Shown: piece after piece, positions 1-10,977 of the stretch
How the letters are laid out: each line of letters begins with the position of its first letter
Numbering within the stretch: position 1 is the first letter of the stretch
Source: Podarcis gaigeae
Lineage: Eukaryota
Length of the DNA: 64,000 nt
Strand: one strand, 5' to 3'
Assembly (NCBI GenBank): GCA_964106915.2
Contig: OZ066915.1
Translations under genes and position numbers: made by a program
Notes under the pieces: model-generated
Database searches by the model: none
The model's input: only the letters and a program-made list of their open reading frames with translations
What the model was told of the DNA's origin: nothing

Positions 1-952
1 AATCCCATTTGTAATTTTTATACTGGGGTCTGTAATACATAAGTACCACTTGCAATATAAGTAAGCGAATGGTGTGAGGCTCCAGTTCTCCTTGAATACT
101 TCTTTGCATTAGCTCCACCACTAAAGAGACAAGCATTTTTACTGTTTAGGGCTTGCTTCTTCGGGATTTAGAATGGCTGAAAACAACACTTCAAAAAGAA
201 TTGCACCAGCACACACAGTTGCTATGCTTAATTGGTACATTTGGATTTCAATCTACACAATTTTGCCATTTTTCATATAGCTCTCTCTGTCTCTGTTCCT
301 CTGAGAAATCTCACTGATACATAATTTTCTTATATAAAATAACAATGCATTTTAAGCTATGATTCTGAATGATTAAACAGTTGGGGTCTTAAATAATAAT
401 GAAATTAAAGATATTTCTCCTCCACTTGGTGTTATACACAGAATATAGTAAATCACAACTCCCATTAGCGCAATTTTGCCGTTAAGAGTTACTGCAGGAA
501 GACTAAGGGCTTACAAATCAAGTGCAGAAATGTATTCTTCATTAAACCTTTCACAGCCATGATTATATATTGATAGTTTTTCCTCACACAGTCAGATTAA
601 GGTTGGTGTTGCTAAGTGCATTCTTTATGTTAGTGTGGTATTTATGACTCTCATATCATCTTTTCTGTTTCTATTATCATTCTTAATGTGAACGTTGCCA
701 AACTGAAAATCTTTGTTGAGTGGAATTCATTTGCAAGACAAACTTTGGTAAAATACAAATGTGCTCCATGGCTCATATGCACTAGAAACGTGTGGTTTTA
801 AAACTATGAGGCCTATAGCATTTTATATGTGATAAAAGCCAGTCACAAAAGCCCTCTCAATCCAGTATGTCCTCAGTGTGATGTTCCCAAGGACTCAACA
901 TGTGAATAAAGAGCTTCAGAGAAAGGGTTGAAGCTTCCTAGTGGCAATATCC

Positions 953-982
953 ACGGCATGTGCCTGAACGGCATGTGCCTGA
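953..982. repeat. 15-bp tandem duplication (ACGGCATGTGCCTGA x2)
   Basis: Two exact adjacent copies at 953-967 and 968-982. Confidence 0.9.
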
Positions 983-1214
983 ATACTGTGAAAGACTGCT
1001 ACCAGGGACCTGAAGTAAAGCTTCTGAAGCTTAATAAAATACATTAGACAGATAAAAGCCCCACCTTTGTCTTCTATTTTACAAGTCTACAAAAGAAGAC
1101 AAAAGCCAGTCTTTTCTAAGGAGAGCTAGCTATGATTCACAGCTGATTCATACAGTACACCTCTTCACACAACACTTTTTCATTCCATACCCCCACCTCA
1201 GCTTCTCTTCCATA

Positions 1215-1500
1215 AGGATTGAGGTATAATTCAGTTTGGCTACTTGATTCATGCGCCCCCAAACAATACAGGAACTGAAATGGCTATCCCTGGAAAATTG
1301 CGCTTCTCCAAATTTTGCACTGCTGTTCTCCAGCCAAAAATGTGTACCAGAGATGTGTATATTAAGGGAAGGGGTGCATTAAAATGTGCATATTAGCTAA
1401 AATAACACAAAAATGCATTCTATTATATTTGCACGTTGCTTGCATATGAGGAGAAATGTGAACTAAAATGCCATTGAATTTTTATGAGACCTTTGTTAGA
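1215..1500 (+). repeat. Old AT-rich interspersed repeat of unknown class, related to 38060-39400 and about 62120-62200
   Basis: Shared motifs CCAAATTTTGC, AAAATGTGTA/ATATTA(A/G), AAAATGC...GAATTTT(T/C)ATGAG. Boundaries approximate. Confidence 0.55.
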
Positions 1501-2411
1501 TTGGAAAAGCATAACTGAACAAGGAAAAGGAGAAACTGAAAGGGAGAGCCCCAGGGGTGAGAGATTTGGGTGATTGTAAAGATGCAGAAATGGTTCATGG
1601 AAAGTTTTCCAAAAGCAATGGATCTGGTGTGTGGACTCGAAGAGGGGAGTATTAGGCATAGGAAGGAGCAAGTCACAGCATGGGAACAGAATTGTAACAA
1701 AAAAACTAGTGATTGACAGCAGCTGAAATGAGACAAGAAAACAGATAAATTCCAGGACAACAAGATTCTTAAAAGTAAAGACTAGAAGGGTGATATTTAT
1801 GTAGAACATATTGCAATGACTTTAAGTGGAGAGCTGCTGTGATTATGAGAGGATTATGTGGAATTTAGCTTAGGCATTCTGAATTAACTGAGGAATCGAT
1901 GAGGAATCTTTGCTGATTTGTTAAATTATCATGTTTTCTTCCAAGCCAAGATTTTTTTAAAAAGGAAATGAAGAAAGATGTCTGTAGCCAGGCCATTTAC
2001 AACAGCTCAGACGTTGAAATAGTTTTTCACACTGTCAAGGGATTATTTCTTAATTAGGTTTCTAAACAGGCCTAGGATTTTCCAGATTTTTTCTTTCTCA
2101 ACAATTCATAGGAACAGAGGAACTTGCCTCATATTGAGTTAAACACTGGTCAATGTTGTACACTGACAATGTAGCATTGTCCACACCAGGTGTGGAGAAC
2201 CTTTGGTCCTCAAGATGTCATTGAACTACAGCTCCCATCAGCCCAACCACCAAAGCAAAAAGGTGCAAAATGCAAGATTGTACCCACTGACTTTTGCGTA
2301 CCCTATTTATACCAGAATAAGCAAGTGCTAGTGAAGAAGAAGAAATTTTATTTATAATTCATATTAACTTTTTTAAATGGAGATGGGACAACTACTAAGT
2401 AGCATGGTGTC

Positions 2412-2960
2412 ATGGACTGGTTGGATGCAGAAGAATGGTGGGAGGAATCAGCTGGGGAATCACCAAGGGAAGAAGGCTCAGAGCCAGAGGGTTGATGGTG
2501 GGATGATGATGAGTGGTCAGAGAGGGAGATGGGGGTGGGATGTGTTGGAAACAGGGTCTATTGAGGGGGAGAGCCTGTGACAGAGAGCAGTTCAGATTTG
2601 GAGGTAGAAGCTGAAGCAGGAAAGGAGGGAGGTCAAGAGGCAGAGATGAGTCTGGCTGGTGAAGAGGCACAGTTATCTCCCTCACCTGCTGTGACAAGCT
2701 CCTCTCCTCCCTGGTCTCTTAGAACCAGAAGAGGCACAAAGAGAGTGGAGAAGTTCCCTTCACACAGGTGCAGTCTCAGATTGCTAGGGCAGGCATCCCC
2801 AACCTTTGGCCCTCCAGATGTTTTGGACCACAGTTCCCATCATCCCTGACCACTGGTCCTGTTAGCTAGGGATCATGGGAGTTGTAGGCCAAAACATCTG
2901 GAGGGCTGCAGGTTGGGAATGCCTGTGCTAGGGAAAAACCATGAAGAGGAGAGGACTTAG
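2412..2960 (+). pseudogene. Decayed LTR-borne reading frame (acidic N-terminus, Ser/Pro middle, basic C-terminus)
   Basis: ATG at 2412: MDWLDAEEWWEESAGESPREEGSEPEG*WWDDDEWSE...VTESSSDLEVEAEAG...SPPWSLRTRRGTKRVEKFPSHRCSLRLLG|KNHEEERT* after removing the MITE plus one TSD; in-frame stops at 2493 and 2562. Confidence 0.4.
2790..2925. mobile_element. hAT (Charlie-like) palindromic MITE, 136 bp
   Basis: TIR CAGGCAT(C/T)CCCAACCT matches 15/16; exact 8-bp TSD TGCTAGGG at 2782-2789 and 2926-2933; long internal inverted repeat CCTCCAGATGTTTTGG / CCAAAACATCTGGAGG. Confidence 0.92.
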
Positions 2961-3597
2961 GCAGCTGTGGAGAGGTAGGGACCTTTGGTCTCCACAACTG
3001 CTTCACGGGGGCAAGACTTGCCAGAGAAAAGTTGCTGTGCCCATTAGGCCTGATACTCCTGTGCCAAACCTGTTTTTGCTAATAAAGAGCTAACTCCAGC
3101 TTGCTCAGTTTGGTTTCCTGCTGTCTTGCTCCTGTCACTTAGTGTCACTGGTAGAATTATTACAATCTTTAGTGCTTCACTAATAACCTGCAAGGGCATT
3201 GTCTGCTTGTTCGTGGGCAATGAAATTAAATAACTTACATAGACAGAGGACATCAGAGAATATCCTTCGCGGATTACACTTAGTTTTATTGTTTCAGCAC
3301 AGCATGATGAATGCAGAAGGGAGAACCACAGCAAAAGGAGAAATTTACGCTGCAGTGAAGCACTGCTAGTAATACAAAGGAAGGTTTAGAACTATATATG
3401 AGATTTAGTACTACGTGAAATGTGACTGAACTATTGTGGATGCCATCTGCAGGAGAAAATGCTTAGTTCTGGGTGCTTCAAGGAGAAGGTGATTGTGAAT
3501 ATTGGGTATTTGTTCTGTGAGCCGCCCTGAGACCTCTGGGTATAGGGCGGCATATAAATTCAATACATAAATAAATAGTTTACTTGATGCCCACGAT

Positions 3598-3710
3598 ACA
3601 GGGAGTGTGTGGCTTTCCAGATGTTTTTGGACTCCAGATCACATCAGCCCCAACCAGAGATGATGGAAGCAACAGTCTGGCAACATCTGGAGGGTCACAA
3701 TTTCCACTAT
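3598..3710. mobile_element. Degenerate copy of the same palindromic hAT MITE family
   Basis: TCCAGATGTTTTTGGACT...CAACATCTGGAGGG. Further copies at about 2187-2245, 8955-9070, 16380-16515, 17038-17100 and 63682-63811. Confidence 0.7.
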
Positions 3711-4369
3711 TTCACAATTTCACTATCTCTCCTACACAGGGACTGCAGGAACTTCCATGGCCTCTTATGAGAATTTTAAAAAAGTAGCAGGTGCAACATG
3801 GGTGTGTAGCAATGGCAGTGCTAGGCAAGTGGTACCATATACTTCATCCCCCAAAGCGAATCCTCTCTCTGGTTTTTCCTGCACAACTCCCTATGGTGTT
3901 CTTTGGTGTCTGCATTCTTGAAGTTTCATTTACGATCAGAGCACTCAGAATTTTGTTTGCTAGCATTTATTGGAATGTCACAGTCTGTTTCCCATACAGG
4001 TTTCATAAAGCCATTCTTTGTATACATCAGTTCAATGTATGTAATGTGGGACAAAAGTACAAAATGGACGCCCACTCCCTTTTCTCACAGAATGTCTACA
4101 AGGATAAAAATGATCTAGATGAAAGTCTACTGGATCGATAGTGGTTTAGGAGATAAAGCTGGATTTTGAAGAGGAAGGGCTGGTTTAACTCCTACGTAAG
4201 GTACAGACTCACCAGGTGACCCTTTAAAGTCACTGTCTCAAGCAGAGGACCATATCACACTGCAAACAGAAGCAGCACCATTAGGCTAAAGATGAAAATC
4301 TCAAAGCCCTTTGTATAAATAACGGACTAAATCATGATAATGGTGACTATGAGTCATGTTCAGCAAAGT

Positions 4370-4455
4370 CATACTCAGAGTAAACCCATTAAAATTAATG
4401 GACTAGTCATTGCTAACATCTGCTGATTTCAATGGGTCTACTCTGACTTAGTCAG
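4370..4455. repeat. Short old palindromic MITE-like repeat
   Basis: CAGAGTAAACCCATT(A)AAAT ... ATTTCAATGGGTCTACTCTG inverted pair. Similar palindromes at about 16705-16845, 29395-29470 and 49130-49220. Confidence 0.55.
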
Positions 4456-5848
4456 ATAAAACCCCAAATGTTGGCTAGTGCCTTAAGATTTTAGCGAGAT
4501 AAAACATTTACTACAGAGCGCAGAGTAAAATAGAACTGGCTGGAATTTATATGCATTGTCGCAGGAGGAAATTAATATTCTGACCTTTTTGTTCGTTTGT
4601 AAACATTTTTGCCCCCAGCAGTTTAATCATGTTGACCTTTTCCCTCTGAGGCCACTTAAGGCTTTGTGGGAGGGGAGGGAGAAACCATGCCTTCCCCCTG
4701 CACAGGTCAGCTGTAATGCATCCAAGTAGAGTACAAAGCCATAAGTACTGGAAGTTGCCCTATGGGGAATTGCAGTTCCCATACACTTATGATTCCTTTG
4801 GGGGTCACACTTCTGCCCAGAGGCACAACCAGAAGGAAGCTGGAAGAGGAAAACAAATGTTCCTGCCAGAAAACAGAGTTATAATAAGTATGTTCTGCTT
4901 GGGCTTCATTTGAAACACATTTTCTGATGGGAAATGGTTAGGTGGAGCCATATCTAGAACACACCTAGAATGAAACAAGAAGCAGATGATTCTGTTAACT
5001 TTTGCAAGTCATCTGTGAAATCTGTTCTCTTGCTATTAAATAAAGTACATTATACATGGTTGGCCTGTTCAAAAATAACTGTTTCCAGGGCTAAAGCATT
5101 TGCATTTATTTTGCTAATATATCCTCTCCAGATAGATTCACAGCAGGCTGCGTCTTAAAGAGAAAAAAGAAGTTTTTATTTGAAGGTCTCAATGATAAAG
5201 CAGTCAATTAATTTAATTAATTTAATTTAATGCACAAAAATGCAATATTAAATAAACAGTTCAAATAAATCATTATTTATCTCTGACCGTTAAATACTTG
5301 CCTTTAAAAAACAAAAACTCTTAATTTTATATGAATGAGAACCATTAACCCCTGATTATGTTGTATGTATTCCTATCATTTCAGGAAATGAAAGCCTAAA
5401 TATTCTACTTGTACCTCAGGAGACTGGCTAGGAATAACTTTTGCCTCTGTGAACAGTAAGGACAATCAAATGTAATTACCCTGTAAATGTTCTCAGTAGA
5501 AATGGCCTGCCATATGGGAAATTAGCAGAATTAGTTAACTAAGATAATTTTTGTTTTTACTGTATGTGGCTGTAATGAGGATATATGCTGACAGCTTTGT
5601 CAATTTCCACTGCAGTGGACATTATGCAATCTGCTTTAGTTCAGGGATTGGTGTAGTACTCATTCTTCTGTTTTTTAAAAAGAATTTTTTTAAAAAGCAA
5701 AACTGCTAATTGCTTTTAAGGGTTGATGGTTGGTAGATATCTTTGACATCTACATTCCTTCTTGACTTGGCCCTTTTTAACAAAATGGCGCATCATAAAA
5801 CCTGTAAAGGTTAGCAGTCATAGAGGCTGTCACAATTATATAATAAGA

Positions 5849-6034
5849 TAGGGCTGTCATACGTTTGGATTTTCCCGGACATTATAGGGATTTCAAAGGC
5901 AGAATTGACCTCTGGGGAATTTCCAAAAGGTGGCGCTTTATCCTGGATCTTATTCAGGCTCTTATTCAATTGAAAAATTGCTCAACAACTTTCAGGGTGT
6001 TCTAGTTTTTACTTTTTGAAATATGGCAACCCTA
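5849..6034. mobile_element. hAT-type MITE with TAGGG(T/C)TG(C/T)CATA termini
   Basis: Left end TAGGGCTGTCATA, right end TATGGCAACCCTA; flanks AATAAGA/AACAAGA. Related copy at about 20831-21092. Confidence 0.7.
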
Positions 6035-6284
6035 AACAAGAGTTGGATCTATTGCTAATGGTGTCTATACAAAACTGAACTGAATTCTTAGAGACAGAAA
6101 TCTATGTACAACATGAACAGCCAGTTAGAAATAAACTGCACACAATTCAATGTGGCATATGCATGTATGTAGTATACTGCCCTATACCCACAGGTCTCAG
6201 GGCGATTACAAAGACTCTCCTCCTGGAAGAGAGGGGACTGGTTGTGGGCGGGAGCCCAAGCTCTGCCTCTAGCAGGGGGCGTTA

Positions 6285-6677
6285 TGTTACGATATAGAAG
6301 CAATGCAGCTGCGAGCTGCTAGCTTGAAAACATCACATGATGGAATGTTGGGACTGTTCCGTGGGAAACAGAGGGACAGTCAATTCACAGTGCGAAGCAC
6401 CGGAATTAGCTCAGAGTGTAATATGAGCTCTTCCTATTGTTCCTGTACAGGAAGTACAGGAAGTGTTTCTCTATCGACTGCTGGAGCTTGAAGAGAGCAG
6501 TCATGTTTTTTGTAACGCTGCAAAGACAGAAATAAAGGCATGTAAATACGTTTCTGTCTATCTCTTTCCCCTGCCGGAGGGCAGGAAAGAGGGGGGGTGT
6601 TCTTCTCACGCTGAGAAGAATCGCCTATCGTGACCTAGCCTGGATCTTGCTGGGGAATGCAGACAAGGAGGTCAACA
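6285..6677 (+). mobile_element. Possible nested solo LTR
   Basis: TGTTAC...GTCAACA termini and AATAAA at about 6530; no TSD found. Confidence 0.3.
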
Positions 6678-7305
6678 GGAGATCAAGCCGGGTGCCTGGA
6701 GAGTTGCCAGTTACTACTGATATAGGCTTGAATTCCAACATGTTAGCCCCCTGCCTCCCATTCACCTGGCTGGCGCCCACGCCCATCGGCAGGCACCCAA
6801 CCAGGTGCCTTCGAGGGGGCGTGTACAGCAGCCTAAATGCTGCGGCGCCAGCCCCTCCTCGGCCTCACTCTTCATTGTCCCGTCGCGAGTCACCCACCCT
6901 CCATTCCCTTTGAGCTCAGGGTCTTAGTTTTCCTTGGCCTTGCTATGGACCTTAGGTTGGTGTCGCCCTGGTTGTCCGGGGGGCCTGGTAGAAATTTTTC
7001 CATTTGGCATTAGGCTTTTTGGTTTTTTCGCCTACCTCGTAGCAATCGTCACAACTTTCGTGGTATTGGTGAGTAGGTTAGGCATTGGAATAACGTGTTG
7101 TGGTGTGTTGAAGGGCTAGATGTGGCCATCGCCTATGCCTTCAATTTTTGGGTATTCCCTTAAAGGAATCTGGCGGTCGTGTATTCTGTCCGATGCCTGC
7201 TTGGTGGGAGGCCATGGCACGACCCTCGGTGACATCAGGGGAGAGCCTATAGTTGGATTAGCATCAACAGGCTCCACCTACTGGTGAATAACCCCCATTG
7301 TTTTA

Positions 7306-8510
7306 TTTTTATTTTTTAAAAAATTTTTATTAACAATTTTTTGTTTAAATCACAATGCCAATAAAGCAATACAATATCGCCTCTTTTAACATAGATCTTT
7401 TCACTTCTTTGGACTCCCTCACATCTCCCGCTCCTGCATTCCTGGTTATAATTTTATTCAGCAAATTTATCCCCTTATTTTTAATCTTCATAATTAATTT
7501 TCCAATGTTATATCTCTAGTTTTGGCTATCCTTTTATTCAAGTCTTAAAAAGTTTAGACATAACCAATATAATCCAAAATTTTTATCATTTCTTAAATTT
7601 ATCTTATCTTCATAATTCACTTCCTTAAACTCAATGGTGCCAAGTTGTTTATACTCTAGCATCCTTCTTAACATTCATACAATTTACAATATTTTTGTAA
7701 ATAAGTCTTAAATTTCTTCCAATCTTCTTCCACCCTCTCCTCTCCCAGGTCTCGGATTCTGCCGGTCATCTCGGCCAGTTCCATGTAGTCTATCAGTTGC
7801 ATCTGCCACTCTTCCAGTGTGAGTAGATCTTGTGTTTTCCAATGCCTAGCGACGAGTGTCCGTGCTGCTGTTGTTGCATACATAAAGAATGTTCGGTCCT
7901 TCTTTGACACATTCTGGCTGACAATACCCAAAAGAAAGGCCTCTGGTTTCTTAGGGAAGGTATACTTAAATACCTTTTTCAACTCATTATATATCATTTC
8001 CCAGAAAGCCTTCACTCTAGGGCAAGTCCACCAGAGGTGAAAGAATGTTCCTTCATTTTCCTTACACTTCCAGCATTTGTTATCAGAAAAGTGGTATATT
8101 TTTGCAAGTTTGACTGGGGTCAGATACCATCTATATATCATTTTCATAACATTTTCTTTCAAAGCATTACATGCAGTAAACTTCAGCCCAGTAGTCCACA
8201 ACCTCTCCCAGTCTTCAAACATAATGTTATATCCAATGTCCTGTGCCCACTTTATCATAGCCGATTTAACCGTTTCATCTTGTGTATTCCACTTCAGCAG
8301 CAAGTTATACATTTTTGAAAGTACTTTAGTCTTAGGCTCTAACAGTTCCGTTTCTAGCTTCGATTTTTCCACCTGGAATCCTAGCTTTTTATCAAGTTTA
8401 AAAACTTCTTTAATCTGAGCATAATGTAGCCAGTCTCGCACTTTGTCTTTCATTTTCTTCTGACTCTGCAATTTCCAATTATCTCCATCTTTTTCTAATA
8501 TTTCCCAATA
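7306..8510 (-). mobile_element. 5'-truncated L1/Tx1-clade LINE (ORF2 3' end, 3'UTR, A-rich tail)
   Basis: Flanked by direct repeat CTACTGGTGAATAACCCCC(A/C)TTGTTTTA at 7278-7305 and 8511-8538; T-rich tail on + from about 7301; intact ORF2 C-terminus. Confidence 0.92.
7668..8471 (-). CDS. L1/Tx1-type ORF2 C-terminal fragment with CCHC zinc knuckle (truncated, non-autonomous)
   Basis: 267-codon open frame with CWKCKENEGTFFHLWWTC (C-x2-C-x8-H-x4-C), preceded by IYRWYLTP and followed by AAR..ARHWK and W..F..YL motifs typical of L1-clade ORF2 ends. Confidence 0.85.
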   Translation of the reverse strand: MQSQKKMKDKVRDWLHYAQIKEVFKLDKKLGFQVEKSKLETELLEPKTKVLSKMYNLLLKWNTQDETVKSAMIKWAQDIGYNIMFEDWERLWTTGLKFTACNALKENVMKMIYRWYLTPVKLAKIYHFSDNKCWKCKENEGTFFHLWWTCPRVKAFWEMIYNELKKVFKYTFPKKPEAFLLGIVSQNVSKKDRTFFMYATTAARTLVARHWKTQDLLTLEEWQMQLIDYMELAEMTGRIRDLGEERVEEDWKKFKTYLQKYCKLYEC

Positions 8511-8706
8511 CTACTGGTGAATAACCCCCCTTGTTTTAGACTCACCCCTCTCTGAGGGGGTGGAGTCGGCTGACGTAATCCAATGCCTAAGCCAATACCT
8601 TTTCACTTGCTGTAATCAATAAAGTTGTGGCCTTTTCTTGCCCATTAACCTTATATCACATGTCCTTGTGTATTCATTCCACATTGCGGGGATCGGGTCC
8701 TCGAAC

Positions 8707-8880
8707 CACAACATAAAATCCCAATATAAAAATACAACATGAAAATAAAAACAACCCAATAAACTTCCCTCCCCAGCACATTTTAAAAGGGCTTTCCATG
8801 TCAGTCAACCAAAGGGCTGGTTAAAGAGAAACGTATAATGAAGGCAGCAGCAGGACCTCCCTGGGGGAGAGCATTGCAAA
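8707..8880 (-). mobile_element. L2-like LINE 3' tail (continuation of about 6170-6210)
   Basis: ACATTTTAAAAGGGC, CAACCAAAGG..CTGGTTAAA and CCTCCCTGGGGAGAGCATT are reverse complements of motifs in 54520-54930. Confidence 0.65.
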
Positions 8881-10081
8881 AATGGCAACAAAAGTTTCAA
8901 GGAAGTAGCAGCTTCTCAGAGCAATTTGAACTGTACCTATAAGGTGAAGGAGTCCGTTGTCCTCCAGTTGTTGTTGTACTCCCAACTCCCATCAGCCAGC
9001 ATGGCCAACGGTCAGGGATGGAGAGAATTGCAGCCGAGAAACATCTTGAGGGCAACAGAATCCCCACCCCTGCTAAAGGTTCATGTTACTTTGTTAATTG
9101 CCATCCTATGAATGGCAGGCTGGCAATTTCTGTAAGATATCCTAGAAGCTGACAGTAGTATCTGACTCCCTTGTTCTGTTAACATAATTTCTGCTTGTGC
9201 AATGGGAGTTCCCTCCCCTCTTCAGCCCTGTGCATGCCCCATGCCCTCTCCAAATGAAATGCATTTGAATATACCATCCTTCCTCATTGAAATGCACACC
9301 TAAATGCACTTTCCACTGAAAGTGGGTGTTTAACATCTGTACTCAGATGTGCATTAGGACCCTCAATTTATTTATTTATTCATTATTTATTCATTACTTT
9401 ATTTATTAAATTTATACTGCCCTTCATCTAAAGATCTCAGGGTGGTTCAAAGCATAAAAATGAAAGAGGAAAAACACAAAATGCATAATAGACTTCTCCC
9501 TCAACTGATACACAGAGGCATATGTTTGCAGATATATCAAGACAGCTGTGATCAGTTTATCAAAGTACCATGGAGACAGTAACAGCCTAAATAATCCTTT
9601 AATATATCTCTCTCTGACCTCCTTCTGATCTCTGTCCTACAAATGCTTATTATTCACACACCCATTTCCCCAAGCATATAGAGTTCCTCAATTGTTAAAC
9701 GGGGGAAAAGGCCTTTTTTATCTCTGTGACAAGAATATGTTTGAGAGGTACTAGAGCAGAATTTAAATATATAAGAGATGTTTGGGGAAGCAGTAGAGTG
9801 CTCACAATGACCCATAGAATACCACAGCAATAGTCAAGATTCAAGATGGGTGCATTTCAATTAAAATTCAGGGAAGCTTCCAGAAAACATCCCCTGCCCT
9901 CCCAGTTGCCCACCTTCCCTAAGGAAAGTATGGAAATTATTTTACTGGCTATTTCAACAACAGTCTGAAAAAGCACCTCGAAGTCTAATGGATATCCTGC
10001 TTCTAGGCAGGACATTGAGCAAGGCAATTGTTCTTTCAATCATTCTGCAATGAATGTATAATACATTAAGGAAAGGGGACA

Positions 10082-10117
10082 TCAGCCAGACAAAATCCTC
10101 AGCCAGACAAAATCCTC
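10082..10117. repeat. 17-bp tandem duplication
   Basis: TCAGCCAGACAAAATCC x2. Confidence 0.85.
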
Positions 10118-10379
10118 CTGTTCTCTTAAATGTCTCCAAGCAATCTGCTTTGCAGCCCTATGTGTCTGGAATGCTTCCCCAAAACACCAAGGTGTTGCCA
10201 CCTCTCAGAATCTGCCTCTTTCAGAAAGTGCAAATTAGGTAGGTTCACCTGTACAGGAGAAAGGAGTCACATTTCTCCTCCTTGCACAATGTCAGTGCAT
10301 CCGAGCATATTCATTTCCCATTACCTATGTTTCATCCTCCTCACCCTTAGCTGCTTCTCAAATGCCTACATTTGAACTA

Positions 10380-10977
10380 CAGTAGCACCTTGGCTTGCAG
10401 GTGGTGCTGTGGTCTAAATCACTGAGCCTCTTGGGTTTGCCAATCAGAAGGTCGGTGGTTCGAATCCCCGCGACTGGGTGAGCTCCTGTTGCCGGTCCCA
10501 GCTTCTGTCAACCTAGCAGTTCAAAAGCACGCCAAAAAGTGCAAGTAGATAAATAGGCACCACTCCAGCAGCAAGGTAAATGGCTTTTCCATGCTGTGCT
10601 TTGGCTTCAGTGTTCCATTGTGCCAGAAGCATCATAGTCATGCTGGCCACATGACCCAGAAAAACTGTTTGTGGAACGAACAAACGCCGGCTCCCTCGGC
10701 CTGTAAAGCAAGATGAGCGCCGCAACCCCAGAGTCATTCACGACTGGACTTAACTGTCAGGGTTCCTTTACCATTACCTTTTCAGCACGTCACCCTTGGA
10801 TAACATAAACTTCAGATTGCGAAAGCAGCAAACCCGGAAGTGTTTCGCCGTGTGTGCATGCGCAGAAGCAGTCTGCTGCCACGTGTACATGCACAGAAGC
10901 GGTCCCTCTGGTTGCGAGAAGCTCGGGATCCGACCAAAGCTCCGGAACAGATCCTGTCTGCAACCGGAGGTACCAGG
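10380..10977. mobile_element. Tigger-like (Tc1/mariner) MITE split by a Sauria SINE
   Basis: Left TA|CAGTAGCACCTTGG and right AACCGGAGGTACCA resemble the CAGTGGTACCTCGGGTT TIRs of 52689-52922. Confidence 0.55.
10395..10781 (+). mobile_element. Sauria SINE, near full length
   Basis: GGTGGTGCTGTGGTCTAAA head, B-box GGTTCGAATCC, CTAGCAGTTC(A/G)AAAGCAC, GTGCAAGTAGATAAATAGG, and an ACCTTT-like tail. Confidence 0.9.

Larger units (their letters stand above)
2408..3137 (+). mobile_element. Solo-LTR-like element A (older), purine-rich U3, interrupted by a hAT MITE
   Basis: Begins TGTCATGG and ends CCTGTCA (TG..CA); AATAAA at 3081-3086, about 50 bp from the end; same layout as 38220-39155. Flanks CATGG/CTTAG match only 3/5, so no TSD is demonstrated. 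Confidence 0.6.
6211..8706 (+). mobile_element. Composite GC-rich insertion; DIRS/Ngaro-like non-autonomous element (core about 6700-8706) that splits an L2 3' tail
   Basis: The L2 tail stops at about 6210 (CAGGGCGATTACA) and resumes at about 8707 (CACAACATAAAAT), with no TSD. Motifs TCACCCACCCTCC, GGTTTTTTCGCCTACCTCG and AATAAAGTTGTGGCC are shared with 29950-30900. Class assigned by motif recognition only; no tyrosine-recombinase ORF is present. Confidence 0.5.

Noticed and set aside
5385-5455. AG...GTAAG bracketed segment as a coding exon
   Set aside because: No recognisable peptide, and such splice-like pairs are expected by chance.
10395-10475. tRNA gene
   Set aside because: The A/B boxes belong to SINE heads and there is no complete cloverleaf; the same applies at 24005 and 28800.
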